Shown: positions 21,199 to 31,267 of the stretch, one piece after another
How positions within the stretch are numbered: the first letter of the stretch is position 1
Layout of the letters: each line of letters starts with the position of its first letter
Assembly: GCA_965203175.1 (NCBI GenBank)
Contig: OZ241867.1
Span: forward strand, 3,968,001-4,032,000
Direction: 5' to 3'
Source: Candidatus Latescibacterota bacterium
GTDB lineage: Bacteria > Latescibacterota > UBA2968 > UBA8231
Length of the DNA: 64,000 nt
The notes under the pieces: generated by a model
What the model saw: the letters and a program-made list of their open reading frames with translations, nothing else
Database searches by the model: none
What the model was told of the DNA's origin: nothing
Made by a program: the position numbers and the translations under genes

Positions 21199-21993
21199 CT
21201 ACTTGCGCCGCAAAACGGCGGTCTCCCGGACAAATCGCGCGCGGTAGCGCTGGCCCCCGCTGGCTCCGTACTGGTCGATCAGGCGCTCGATGCGGTGGAT
21301 TCGTTCGCTGGTAGGAGGGTGGCTGGCGAACAGGTTTTCTAGGTCGGAGCGCCGGTGTGCTTCTAGATTTTTCAGTTTTTCAAAAAAGCGCAGCAAGCCG
21401 CGCGGATCGTACCCGGCGGCGATGGCGTAGCGGACGCCAAAGGTATCGGCTTCGCGTTCGTCGTCGCGGCTGAAGCGGGCACTGCCGAGCTGGGAGGCGA
21501 TCTGGCCGAGTTGGTAGGGATCTTCGCCGAGGGCGAGGCTGGTGAGGAAGTCCATGCCGAAGCGGGCGGCGAGTTGGTTGGCGGAGTGGCGGCCGACGAT
21601 GTGGCCGATCTCGTGGGCGAGGACTCCGGCGATTTCGGCCTCGTCTTCGGCGATCAGCAGCAGGCCGCTATAGACGTAGAGATAGCCGCCGAGGACGGCG
21701 AAGGCGTTTATTTGTTTGGGATCGTCGAGGACCTTAACGCGGTAGCGGATGCCGGGGCGGTCTTTCAAGGCAGGGGGAAGCAGGGCCTTGGTGACGCGCT
21801 GGATGTAGGATTGGAGGCGGCGGTCGGGGTGGAGGCGTTGTTGGGCTTCGATTTGGGCGGCGAACTTCGCGCCGAGTTTGATTTCGGTTTTGTCGGAAAT
21901 CAGGGCGTAACCCAGCTCGCGGCGGACGGTGGCGCAGCCGGACGAGAGGGCGCAAGTGGCGATGAGCAGGACGAGGAGGGTGCGTTGGGGCAT
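21199..21993 (-). CDS. M48 family metalloprotease (lipoprotein)
   Basis: INAFA.LGG, HEIGH, E.EAD, SHPP..ERI; lipobox LSSGC. Confidence 0.92.
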   Translation of the reverse strand: MPQRTLLVLLIATCALSSGCATVRRELGYALISDKTEIKLGAKFAAQIEAQQRLHPDRRLQSYIQRVTKALLPPALKDRPGIRYRVKVLDDPKQINAFAVLGGYLYVYSGLLLIAEDEAEIAGVLAHEIGHIVGRHSANQLAARFGMDFLTSLALGEDPYQLGQIASQLGSARFSRDDEREADTFGVRYAIAAGYDPRGLLRFFEKLKNLEAHRRSDLENLFASHPPTSERIHRIERLIDQYGASGGQRYRARFVRETAVLRRK

Positions 21994-22048
21994 GGCCGTT
22001 GGCTTCCTTGCGATGGGTACAGGTTAAACACCAAACAGCTAGTGCCGG

Positions 22049-22759
22049 TTACTTTTTCTTCCGTGCGCCAAACTCGATCACTTTTTTTTGCGGCGAGAGG
22101 TTGATTTCGTCGAGCACCGTGCCGTCGCGCGCCATCAGGGCTTGGACGATGATCTCGGCGACGTCTTCCGGCAAGATGTAGTTGTCGGGCTCCGGGCCGG
22201 GGCGGAAGTCCAATTCGTCGAAAAAAGGCGACTGGACCATGCCGGGGTTGACCAGTGTGACGCGGACGCCAGTGCGGGCGCACTCGGCGCGCAGGGCTTG
22301 GACGAGGCCGCGCAGGGCGAATTTGGCCGCGCAGTACAAGCTGCCTTGAGCCGTGCCGGTGAGTGCAGCTTCCGATCCCATAAAGACCAAGTGTCCATGC
22401 CCTGCCTTTTTGAGAGAGGGGAGGAAAGCTCGGGCGACGAAGACGTGGCTGGTGAAGTTGAGGTCAATCAGGGCGCGGATTTGCTCGTAGGAAAATTGCT
22501 CTAGGGCACCGAAGCGGCCGGTGCCGGCGTTGAGGACTAGGGCGTCGAGGGCCGGGTAGGTGGCGACGAGGTTTTGTAGATGGTCGGGAAGTTGGTCGAG
22601 GTCGGCGAGGTCAATTTCGTGCGCTTTAAAGCGGCAGTCATCGCAGGGGAACTTGCCGAAATCGCGAGCAATGCCGATGGCGTGATGGCCGTCGGCGAGC
22701 AGCCTTTCGCAGACGGCGCGGCCAATGCCGGAACTGGCCCCGGTGACTAAGACGCGCAT
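22049..22759 (-). CDS. Short-chain dehydrogenase/reductase
   Basis: TGASSGIG, NAG, YCAAK, NPG; ATG 22759 just after the SPL-like gene stop. Confidence 0.92.
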   Translation of the reverse strand: MRVLVTGASSGIGRAVCERLLADGHHAIGIARDFGKFPCDDCRFKAHEIDLADLDQLPDHLQNLVATYPALDALVLNAGTGRFGALEQFSYEQIRALIDLNFTSHVFVARAFLPSLKKAGHGHLVFMGSEAALTGTAQGSLYCAAKFALRGLVQALRAECARTGVRVTLVNPGMVQSPFFDELDFRPGPEPDNYILPEDVAEIIVQALMARDGTVLDEINLSPQKKVIEFGARKKK

Positions 22760-22761
22760 AT

Positions 22762-23769
22762 TCAGACCTGTAGGGTGGTGGAGGGACAGGGAAAGAAAAG
22801 CTCGGCGGGAATGTACTGGAGCAATTGATCCGCGCAAAAGTCGTGTAGCTTTTGCGCCAAGGCGGGTCGGTAGGAGACCATGCCGTCTTTTTCCTCCAAG
22901 CCATAAGCGAGAAGTTTTTCGTCTGGGTAGAGTTTGTGCATGGTTTTGTACATGCCCTGCGGCAGGCGGAACTGACCTAGGCTGACCGAGTGCAGGCCGT
23001 CGCGGCGCACCTTGGAGAACACGAGGGCGAACAGGTCGCGGTAGCGCTCCTCGTAGGCGCGGTCGTAGAGCAGCGGATCAAAGCGCAGCCCAATGGGCCA
23101 GCCTCGTTCTTGCAGGGTGGCGATGGCTTCCAAGCGCCGGGCCACCGGTGGCGCACCAACCTCGAATTGGTCGGCAAGCGCCGGCGGGGTCATGCTGAAG
23201 GCGACGACGCAGTTGGGCAGGGGCTCAGTGGCGAGTAGGGTTTTGATGCGCACGCTTTTGGTGCGCAGTTCAAAGTACGCCTGTGGGTGGTCGGCAAAGA
23301 AGGGGAGGAAGTCGGTTGTAAAGTGGGTAATGCCCTCTAGCGCAAGGCTGTCGCAGTCGTAGCCAGAGAAGAAATAGGGCGTATCGGGTGCGTCCTCAGC
23401 GATGTGCGCGGCGATGTCCTGCTGGAAGTCTTCGTAGTTGACAAAGAGGACTAGGTGCGCCGAGCGGTACAGGCCTTGGAGAAAGCAGTAGCGGCAGTCG
23501 TAGGGGCAGTTGAGCAGGTGCGAGAAATAGTAATTGCGCTCGCCGCCGATGCCGTAGCCGTCGGGGGCGGGGAGGACGCGCCGTCCGGCCTTGTGGGCGA
23601 GGATGAGCGCGGGGCGGCGCTTTTGTAGGCGGAAGTTCTGCGCCGTGCGGTTGAAGACCTCGCCGTAGCGGGCGCAGGGGACTAGTTGAGCGCGGGGGAA
23701 GCGGTCGATCAGGGCGCGGGTGCGCGGGTGGTCGAGGATGGACTCTTCGGCGTAGATGAAATCGAACAT
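22762..23769 (-). CDS. Spore photoproduct lyase-like radical SAM protein
   Basis: NCPYDCRYCFLQG, DSLALE, FELRTKS, RL.A...L...G..IGLRFDP. Confidence 0.85.
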   Translation of the reverse strand: MFDFIYAEESILDHPRTRALIDRFPRAQLVPCARYGEVFNRTAQNFRLQKRRPALILAHKAGRRVLPAPDGYGIGGERNYYFSHLLNCPYDCRYCFLQGLYRSAHLVLFVNYEDFQQDIAAHIAEDAPDTPYFFSGYDCDSLALEGITHFTTDFLPFFADHPQAYFELRTKSVRIKTLLATEPLPNCVVAFSMTPPALADQFEVGAPPVARRLEAIATLQERGWPIGLRFDPLLYDRAYEERYRDLFALVFSKVRRDGLHSVSLGQFRLPQGMYKTMHKLYPDEKLLAYGLEEKDGMVSYRPALAQKLHDFCADQLLQYIPAELFFPCPSTTLQV

Positions 23770-23961
23770 AGCTGAGTCAAAAAGCGTCGCAGAGACAGGG
23801 AGCTAAATTGCAGTGTGACTCCGAGTTAGGTTTATTGTCATCGCCCAAGATTTTAACTAAAACCTAAATACAGACCAGCACCTTCCCTATACATACGGGG
23901 AAAAAAGCCCTCGCGCAAAGGAAGGTCTTCTTCACACACCACGAGGAGAGGGATCGGCAGG

Positions 23962-24855
23962 ATGGGGATTGGGATATTGTGTATGCTGGGGGTGTTCGCG
24001 TTGTGGAGCGTCATCCCGGTGCTGGTGAAACTGCTATTTCCCGTTTTCGATCCGTTCACAATCGCCTTCCTTCGGTTGCTGCAAGGTGCGGCGGTCGTGT
24101 CGGCCGCCTTTTTCGCGCGCGGCCATACCCTACGGGACATTCAATGGTCTTGGTGGCATCTGATCGGGGGGCTGGGCATGAGCCTGAACTTCTCGCTCTA
24201 TGCGTTGGCGCTGAGTTATACTACGGCCAGCGCTGGCTCGTTGGTCGTCCAGGTGCAATACGTCGCGCTGACGGTGCTGGCCGTTGCCGTGCTGCGCGAG
24301 CGGTTGGGTGCAGGGAAAATGGCAGGTATGGCGCTGGTGCTGGCTGGAGTCGCAGTGATCGTGGGTGCGCGCGAGGATGTGGGTCATCTGTTCGCTCCGC
24401 GCTATGTACTGGGCAATGTGCTGATGCTGTTCTCGGGTCTGGGCTGGGGGATATACGCACTCGCCAACAAGGCGCTTGCACAGCGAGTGGGGACCGCGGC
24501 GATACTGAGTCCAATGATGACGATGGGTGTGGTAGTAACGGGCACCCTCGCCGCGACCCATTTTCAATTGCACTTGGAGCCGACTGCGGCCACGTGGATT
24601 ATAGTGCTCGTTCTGGGCGTGTTGGCCACTGGCTGTGCGTTTGTTTTGGTCTCAGAGGGCATGAAACGGCTCAGTGCCGTGCTGGTTGGTACGCTGACCG
24701 CTACGGCACCCATCGGGCAGATCGCGCTGGCCCACTGGGTCTTGGGGGAGCCAGTGACTTGGAGCTTGACTGGCGGTGGGATTTTGATCTTGGCCGGCGT
24801 GCTCGGCATGGTGTATGCCGAGCGATTCCAGGACCGACGGCGGGATCGCGGCTAA
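23962..24855 (+). CDS. DMT/EamA family transporter
   Basis: About 10 TMs in two repeats; LRERL, LGEP motifs. Confidence 0.9.
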   Translation: MGIGILCMLGVFALWSVIPVLVKLLFPVFDPFTIAFLRLLQGAAVVSAAFFARGHTLRDIQWSWWHLIGGLGMSLNFSLYALALSYTTASAGSLVVQVQYVALTVLAVAVLRERLGAGKMAGMALVLAGVAVIVGAREDVGHLFAPRYVLGNVLMLFSGLGWGIYALANKALAQRVGTAAILSPMMTMGVVVTGTLAATHFQLHLEPTAATWIIVLVLGVLATGCAFVLVSEGMKRLSAVLVGTLTATAPIGQIALAHWVLGEPVTWSLTGGGILILAGVLGMVYAERFQDRRRDRG

Positions 24856-24862
24856 TATTTTT

Positions 24863-25651
24863 CTAGTCCCCAGCCACTAAGTGCGCCCGTTCAGACCGCA
24901 GAAGCTCTCTTAGTTTGGCGTCGTATTCTCGCTTGGTCGCCGCTTGATTTTCGGGCAGGCCAATCGCGACCCCGGCCGCAGTATAGGTCATAACCAGCGC
25001 CTTGCGCGGCTCGTTGTCTATATTGGTCGATCCACCGTGGACCATGGACGTCGTCAGCACGGTCACTTGTCCCGCTTGCGCCAAAACTGGCTGCGGCGCA
25101 GCGTATTCCGGCGGTAGGTCCACCATTTTGATACCTTGGACTCCCGGAATCGCGTCTTGCAGCATTGGATCGGCTGAACGCGCGGCGGCTACTAGGCGGT
25201 GGCTGCTTGGCCGGTACATCATCGGCGCACGCCGTTTGTTGACGTCGGTCAACCACAGAAAAAAACTGCATACGACTCGCCGTGGCGTCGCAGCCCAATC
25301 CTCCAAGCTGTACTGGATATCGGTGTGCTGGTCGTAGCTGAACTCGCTTCCCGGCTGGGGATAAGAAGCTACAATCGCCGTCTGAAAGAAGCGGATTGCA
25401 TCCGCGCGCAATACTCGTTTGGCAACCGCTTCAAAGAAGGGATGCTGGATCAGGTCCAGTAGGGCCGGCTCGTAGTAATTGCAGGTCGCCCCATAGCGAA
25501 AACGCGGTGCTTGGTCCGGGTCGGCTGCTTGAAAAGGCAGCAGTTCGTCGATGGCTGTCGCGGCTGCGGCGATTTCTTTGGTTGTCAAAGGCGTGTCGAT
25601 GGTGACAGCACCTAGCTCCTCAAAGACCCTTAATTGTTCGGCGCTGATCAT
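24863..25651 (-). CDS. PhyH-family Fe/2OG dioxygenase
   Basis: HTD, WLTDV..RRAP..RP.SH, AGQV..VHGGSTN..PRK. Confidence 0.8.
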   Translation of the reverse strand: MISAEQLRVFEELGAVTIDTPLTTKEIAAAATAIDELLPFQAADPDQAPRFRYGATCNYYEPALLDLIQHPFFEAVAKRVLRADAIRFFQTAIVASYPQPGSEFSYDQHTDIQYSLEDWAATPRRVVCSFFLWLTDVNKRRAPMMYRPSSHRLVAAARSADPMLQDAIPGVQGIKMVDLPPEYAAPQPVLAQAGQVTVLTTSMVHGGSTNIDNEPRKALVMTYTAAGVAIGLPENQAATKREYDAKLRELLRSERAHLVAGD

Positions 25652-25676
25652 GGTTCCTCCTTTGCTAAAGCGATCC

Positions 25677-26564
25677 TCAGAACTGGTATAGCAGGCTGAG
25701 GCTTGCGCCCCAGAACTGGGTGTCGTCCGTGGTGATAGTGTATAGAATCGGCTCGCCGCGCCCCACTGTGGAGTCGTGGCTGCGCAGTTGATCCCACTCG
25801 GCTTTTTCGCTTTCGAACTCGCCGGAAGCCATCCAGCGCAGCTTGAAGTCCAGAGCGGCGCGATTGCCGATCTGATAGGCCGCGCCGGCGAGCAGTTGAT
25901 AGCCTATGCGGCGGTCGGTCAGCCGCGCTTGGCCGACCGTGGTTGAACCGGCGATTTTCGCGTTCAAATCCGAGTCTGCAAACGTCCTAATCCGGCTGGG
26001 GTCGTCGTTGCGCTTCCAATTGGTAAAATAGTAGAGCGACGTGCTTGCCATCCCCGCTCCAGCCCCTGCGTACGACACTAGTGCCGGCCCCAACGCAAAG
26101 TCGTAGTACGCGTTGGCGAACAGGTTATGCGCTAGCAAATTATCGATCCCGGCGATGGCCACTTCGATTTCCTGATCCTGCTTGTCGAGGGTTATTGCGT
26201 CGAAGATGGCAATGTCGGAGCGCTCGTCGTAGGTCGTGCTGCGGTGGAAGTACTCCCCCTCGATTCTGAAGGCTCCCCAGCGATAGCCAAGAGCGAAGCC
26301 CGACCCGATTCCGGAGCCGCCGCCAAACGCATTTTCCCATTCCGTTGGGGCTGGCACTGAATCGCATTCATCGGTCACTTCCAAGCCGTCCGGATTGATG
26401 ATTCGGTCGCACTTGGTACCCCAGTCGTTGTCGGTGCCCCTCACGTCCATTGCCGGAGCAACGGCGATCCCCAAGCCCATCTGAATGTACGGGCCGTCTT
26501 GGCCTAGGACGTGGTTATAGAAGCCCAGCAGGGCGACCGTCCACAGCAAGAATTTTTGAGGCAT
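25677..26564 (-). CDS. Outer-membrane beta-barrel protein (Opa/OmpW-like)
   Basis: Signal peptide; GYRWGAFRIEGE, NAYYDF, YAGAGAG, YQLLAG, terminal YQF. Confidence 0.8.
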   Translation of the reverse strand: MPQKFLLWTVALLGFYNHVLGQDGPYIQMGLGIAVAPAMDVRGTDNDWGTKCDRIINPDGLEVTDECDSVPAPTEWENAFGGGSGIGSGFALGYRWGAFRIEGEYFHRSTTYDERSDIAIFDAITLDKQDQEIEVAIAGIDNLLAHNLFANAYYDFALGPALVSYAGAGAGMASTSLYYFTNWKRNDDPSRIRTFADSDLNAKIAGSTTVGQARLTDRRIGYQLLAGAAYQIGNRAALDFKLRWMASGEFESEKAEWDQLRSHDSTVGRGEPILYTITTDDTQFWGASLSLLYQF

Positions 26565-26656
26565 TACAGTTTCCTCTCTTTAGATAGGTACAGATGAAAC
26601 GCAAACGAGCCGTACTATTCGTTTGTCAACGTTATTTTCAAGTTATCTAATCGTCG

Positions 26657-27496
26657 TTAGGCTTCTGTCTGATCCTCTTTCGTCTCCTCTGGAATAAGAA
26701 AAAACTCCACATCGTCTAGCTGCTGCTGGAGATGGGCTAACACTTCGTCGCGGCTTTGCAAGGCCAGCAAGTCGTCGTTGACGGCAGATATTGCCGGTGC
26801 CAGCGTCTGCCAGCGCGCGAGCAAGCCTCGCAACTGGTGCTGTTGCGTGGCCGTGAATTGCCAGCGGGCGGTTAGCTCGGCAAGGCCGGGTGGATCGGCG
26901 TGTAGCGCGTGAAGCTGCTGACTGAGTGTTCGCAGGTGTTCGCCAACTTGGGCGACCGTATTGAGTTGGGATTCTATTAACGCCTCCACTTTCGCCGCAT
27001 TAAGTGTGTGATAGGAGGATTGCGGGTTGTCGGAGACGACCTTGAGGCAGTGGACCCGCTCACTGGTGGCAAAGCGCTGGGCGGCCTCGCAAAAGCCGCT
27101 GGCTTCCATGTCGTACGCAGCATCGCCGGTAGCCGGCTGCGCGCGATCGACGGTGTGTAGCAAGGTGGTGCGACAGGGTGGAGGCGCAGTGAAGGTGGGG
27201 TAAAAGGGCTTGCCGCTGGCCGTATCCACGACCTTGTGCGCCAGCAGAGCCGTGCCCACCGCTTGGCTGCCGTGGCCGGCGATGCCGATATTGAGCCAGG
27301 CCGCCGGTGTATTGCCGATCAGCGCACGCAGGTACGCCGTGGCGGCCGCGGCGGCCACTTTGCCGATGCCGGAGACGATTAAATGCGTCTGTTCGCCCGC
27401 GCAGATGCGATAGGGATGGCCGCTCACGCCTTGGAGGCGGAGGGAAGCCAACAGCGGGCGTGCCTCGGCCGCGAGAGCTACTACCAAGCACAACAT
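26657..27496 (-). CDS. Nucleoside phosphorylase-like (PNP_UDP_1 fold) protein
   Basis: VVAL.AEA, SGIGKVAAA, WLNIGIAG, YDMEASGF, KVVSD. Confidence 0.75.
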   Translation of the reverse strand: MLCLVVALAAEARPLLASLRLQGVSGHPYRICAGEQTHLIVSGIGKVAAAAATAYLRALIGNTPAAWLNIGIAGHGSQAVGTALLAHKVVDTASGKPFYPTFTAPPPCRTTLLHTVDRAQPATGDAAYDMEASGFCEAAQRFATSERVHCLKVVSDNPQSSYHTLNAAKVEALIESQLNTVAQVGEHLRTLSQQLHALHADPPGLAELTARWQFTATQQHQLRGLLARWQTLAPAISAVNDDLLALQSRDEVLAHLQQQLDDVEFFLIPEETKEDQTEA

Positions 27497-27593
27497 GATG
27501 GCTAATATACCGGCTGGCTGCTCCCCGGCAACTTGGTTTGACCCTGCCTGAGCAGGGGCCTAAGTTCTGGAAGACAAACGAGAAAGGGCACGT

Positions 27594-28463
27594 ATGGAAA
27601 ACGAATTTTTCAAGGGCCACGGCCTCGGCAATGACTACATTGCCGTTGATCCGGCTGCGCTCAGTTTCGAGCTGACGCCAGACAATATCCGCGAGATCTG
27701 CGACCGCCATTGGGGCGTGGGCAGCGACGGCATTCTCGCGCTGGCACCATCGCAGAAGGCCGACTTTGGCCTGAAAATCTACAACCCCGACGGCAGCGAG
27801 GCGGAAAAATCGGGCAATGGCCTGCGGATATTCGCCCGCTATCTACACGCCACCGGCCAAGTGCAAAAGCAGCAGTTCACCGTCGAAACGGAGGGCGGTC
27901 TAGTAAGTATTGATTTGCACATTGACGATCACGGCGACGCCAGTTCGGCTACGGTGGAAATGGGGCGAGCTACGTTTGAGCCAGCGGCTCTGCCCTGCAC
28001 GCTGGAGGCCGAAGAGTTGATCGCACAGCCGATTGACGTCAACGGGCAGGCCCTGACCTTTACCGGCGTCAGCGTCGGCAATCCCCACTGCATCGTCTTT
28101 CGCGAGAAGGGCGAGCAATGGACCGAAGACGAGCTGTGCTCTTTGGGCCCGAAGTTGGAAAATCACCCGCTCTTCCCCCGGCGCACTAACGTGCAACTCG
28201 CCGTACCCGTGGAAACCCACGCGATCTATATCCTGATCTGGGAACGCGGCGCGGGTCAAACGCAGGCGTCGGGGTCGTCCGCGTGTGCGGCCGCGAGTGC
28301 GGCGGTGCGGCTGGGCTTGGTCAAAAGTCCGGTTGCGGTTAGGGCCCCGGGCGGAACCTTGCACATTGACGTAAGTGCAAGCTACGACCTGACGATGAAG
28401 GGGCCGGTCTCCGAAGTGGCGCGCGGCGCATTCAGCCCGTCGTTTGTGCGCCACATGCACTGA
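27594..28463 (+). CDS. dapF: Diaminopimelate epimerase
   Basis: KGHGLGNDY, G.GSDG, YNPDGSEAEKSGNG, VGNPH, NV, WERGAG.T.ASGS. Confidence 0.9.
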   Translation: MENEFFKGHGLGNDYIAVDPAALSFELTPDNIREICDRHWGVGSDGILALAPSQKADFGLKIYNPDGSEAEKSGNGLRIFARYLHATGQVQKQQFTVETEGGLVSIDLHIDDHGDASSATVEMGRATFEPAALPCTLEAEELIAQPIDVNGQALTFTGVSVGNPHCIVFREKGEQWTEDELCSLGPKLENHPLFPRRTNVQLAVPVETHAIYILIWERGAGQTQASGSSACAAASAAVRLGLVKSPVAVRAPGGTLHIDVSASYDLTMKGPVSEVARGAFSPSFVRHMH

Positions 28464-28488
28464 GCGGCGCGTGGTAGAGAGGATTGCC

Positions 28489-31263
28489 ATGCGCGGCTTG
28501 GTTTGGGTCGCGTGCGGTTGGATGCTCGCGGCCTCGGCTGCCGACGGCCAGGGCTTTGGCCGCAACAAGGTGCAGTACGCGGAATTCGCGTGGCGGAAGA
28601 TGGAGACCGCGCACTTTGACGTGTACTTCTTTGCCGAAGAGGAGGAGTTGGCCGCGTATGCCGCGCAAATGGCCGAGCGCCAGTTCGCCGATTTGGAAAA
28701 GAAGTTTGCCCACACAGTGCAGCGACGGGTGCCGCTGGTGGTCTATTCCTCGCACATCTACTTCGAACAGACGAATATCATCCCCAATCTCCTGCCCGAG
28801 GGGGTCGCGGGTTTCACCGAATACCTCAAGGGGCGAGTCGCGCTGCCGCTGAGTGGCTCCCTGCCCGAATTCGAGCGGGTGCTGCACCACGAGTTAGTCC
28901 ACGTCTTCACGTTTGACCGGATCGCGCGGGTGCTGGCGCAGCACGGGATATTGGACTTTCGCCCGGCACCGCTGTGGTTTTCCGAAGGGCTGGCCGAGTA
29001 CTGGTCGAGCGAGCCCAATAGCTTTGGCGAAATGGTGGTGCGCGACGCGCTCTTTGCGCAGCGGTTGGTACCCATCGCCGAGATGTACCGCATCCACGGC
29101 ACTTATCAGATGTATAAAGAAGGCGAGTCGATCTGCCATTTTATGGCGGCGCGGCACGGAGCCGATGTATTCGAACAGCTCTTTGCCAATTGGTGGCGCG
29201 GCGAGACCTTTGCCGAGATTTTTGCCATCACGACCGGCGAGAGCTTGGACAAGTTCGACCAAGCTTGGCAATACCATCTGCACAAGCGCCACCTGCCGGC
29301 GATTGCCGACCGCGATCCCCCGTCCGAATTGGCCACCGCCCGCACGCAGCGCGGCTTTAACATCAAACCCGAAATCGTCCCCGGAGACAGCAGCGCATTC
29401 TACCACTTCCGCAACGATCAAGGTTATACGCAGATCGTCCGCACGCGCCGCAGCGATAGTAATCCCGAGATCGTAGTCGAGGGCGAGCGCCTGCCGGTCT
29501 TTGAGTCCCTGCACCCGCTCTCGACGCGGCTGGCCGCCTCCCCGGACGGCAAGTGGCTGGCGTTTGCGGCCAAGAGCCGGGGCCGCGATCACCTGTACAT
29601 CTGGGATGTGGAACAAAAGCGCGCGGTAGGGGATTTGTCGTTTGCAGGAATCGTCGCGATTGCGTCGCCGTCGTTTGCACCCGACGGGCAGCGGCTGGTC
29701 TTTGCCGGCAGCGACGAAGGGGGCTGGACTGACATTTACCTAGTCGATGTAACAGGCGACAGCCTCCGCGCCCTGCGCCGCGACATCTATCACGACCGCG
29801 AGCCCGACTGGTCGCCGGACGGTCGGCACATCGTCTTTAGCTCCGACCGCTGGCCTGGGGGACGGCGCGGCCGCTACAACCTGTTCTTATACGATTTGGC
29901 GACTGAGCAGATCTCGGCCCTCAGCCGCGGCGAGCACAACGACGGCCAGCCGCGTTGGTCTCCGGACGGTCGGCACATCGTCTTTAGCTCCGATCGCGCT
30001 GGCGCGTACAACATCTATGCCTTGCAGCTAGCGGACAAGCGCACTGAGACCCGGCGGTTGACTCACGTGTTGACAGGTGCGTTTGATCCGGTGCTATTGG
30101 CCGATGGCCAGCACCTGCTCTTTTCTGGATATGAGAGCGGCGGCTTCCAGATCTACGAGCTCGCCGTGGACTGGGCCGACAGCGCGCAGGTCAGCTATCA
30201 GCGCATAGAGGAGGCCGCGGCCGAGCCGTGGTCGCTGGCGAGTCTGCACGGCCAGAGCGAGGTCGCCAGCCGGCCCTATGAGCGCAAGATGAGCCTCGAC
30301 ATTGCCCAGGGCCAAATCTCTCAGGATCCAGAGTTTGGCACCTCGGGCGGCATCCAAGTGGCTCTGAGCGACGTGCTGGGCAACGACCAGTATCACTTTG
30401 TGCTTTCGCACATTGCCGCCAGTCGATCCGGTTTCTTCGACGGCCTGAACGTGGCCTTGACGCGTCTCCACCTCGGCCAGCGGCTCAATGCATATTGGGG
30501 CGTGTTCCGGCTCAACGACCGCTTTTCGAGCCGTTTTGGCCGGTTCGTACGCGAAGAGCGCCTGGGTGCCCACGTTGGGTTGAGCTATCCCTTTTCTCAG
30601 CACGACCGCATCGACACTCGGCTCTCGCTGCGCCACGCTGAAATTGACCGGCAATTTGAGGGGCGGAAGCTGTCGGGCTGGCTGGCCAACAACTACGTCA
30701 GCTATACCCACGACAGCAGCCTGTGGATTCCGACCGGGCCACTGGAGGGCCAGCGCTACAGCTTTGGGCTGGCGCAGACGATCGACTTTAAGACCTCGCG
30801 GCGGTTCAATATCGCGCTCTTTGGCGACTACCGGTACTACTTCCGCCTCTCGCAGCGCAGCGCGTTGGCTCTGCGCCTGATGGGCCGGCGCTCCACCGGC
30901 GTGGTACCTGAGTTTTTTTCCTTGGGGGGTAGTTGGACACTGCGGGGTTATCGCTGGCGCTCGCTGTGGGGCAGTAAAATGGTGTTGTACAACCAAGAAT
31001 TGCGCTTCCCCTTGGTCGATCGGTTCTTGCTCCACTTTCCGTTTGGGGCCATAGAGTTTAGCGCCTTCCGGGGCGCGCTCTTTTTCGACGTGGGCAATGC
31101 GTGGAACGACGACTTTGACCAATGGCGTGCGGCGTTTGGCGCGGGGGTGCGCTTGGCCTTGGGTGGGGTTTTCGTCTTTCGCTTGGATGCGGCGCGGCGC
31201 ACGGACTTCAAGTCCATAGATGGCGACACGCGCTGGGACTTCTTCTTTGGCTGGGACTATTAG
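28489..31263 (+). CDS. Omp85/BamA-TamA family protein with N-terminal zincin-like domain and PD40 (TolB-like) repeats
   Basis: FGRNKVQY, HELVH..., PLWFSEGLAEY, WSPDG repeats, C-terminal barrel LGG..TLRGY, ELRFP, FFDVGNAW, FRLD. Confidence 0.85.
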   Translation: MRGLVWVACGWMLAASAADGQGFGRNKVQYAEFAWRKMETAHFDVYFFAEEEELAAYAAQMAERQFADLEKKFAHTVQRRVPLVVYSSHIYFEQTNIIPNLLPEGVAGFTEYLKGRVALPLSGSLPEFERVLHHELVHVFTFDRIARVLAQHGILDFRPAPLWFSEGLAEYWSSEPNSFGEMVVRDALFAQRLVPIAEMYRIHGTYQMYKEGESICHFMAARHGADVFEQLFANWWRGETFAEIFAITTGESLDKFDQAWQYHLHKRHLPAIADRDPPSELATARTQRGFNIKPEIVPGDSSAFYHFRNDQGYTQIVRTRRSDSNPEIVVEGERLPVFESLHPLSTRLAASPDGKWLAFAAKSRGRDHLYIWDVEQKRAVGDLSFAGIVAIASPSFAPDGQRLVFAGSDEGGWTDIYLVDVTGDSLRALRRDIYHDREPDWSPDGRHIVFSSDRWPGGRRGRYNLFLYDLATEQISALSRGEHNDGQPRWSPDGRHIVFSSDRAGAYNIYALQLADKRTETRRLTHVLTGAFDPVLLADGQHLLFSGYESGGFQIYELAVDWADSAQVSYQRIEEAAAEPWSLASLHGQSEVASRPYERKMSLDIAQGQISQDPEFGTSGGIQVALSDVLGNDQYHFVLSHIAASRSGFFDGLNVALTRLHLGQRLNAYWGVFRLNDRFSSRFGRFVREERLGAHVGLSYPFSQHDRIDTRLSLRHAEIDRQFEGRKLSGWLANNYVSYTHDSSLWIPTGPLEGQRYSFGLAQTIDFKTSRRFNIALFGDYRYYFRLSQRSALALRLMGRRSTGVVPEFFSLGGSWTLRGYRWRSLWGSKMVLYNQELRFPLVDRFLLHFPFGAIEFSAFRGALFFDVGNAWNDDFDQWRAAFGAGVRLALGGVFVFRLDAARRTDFKSIDGDTRWDFFFGWDY
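29809..29997 (+). repeat. Near-identical intragenic 42-bp direct repeat (PD40 units)
   Basis: 29809-29850 vs 29956-29997, 40/42 identical, both encode WSPDGRHIVFSSDR. Confidence 0.85.
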
Positions 31264-31267
31264 ATAG

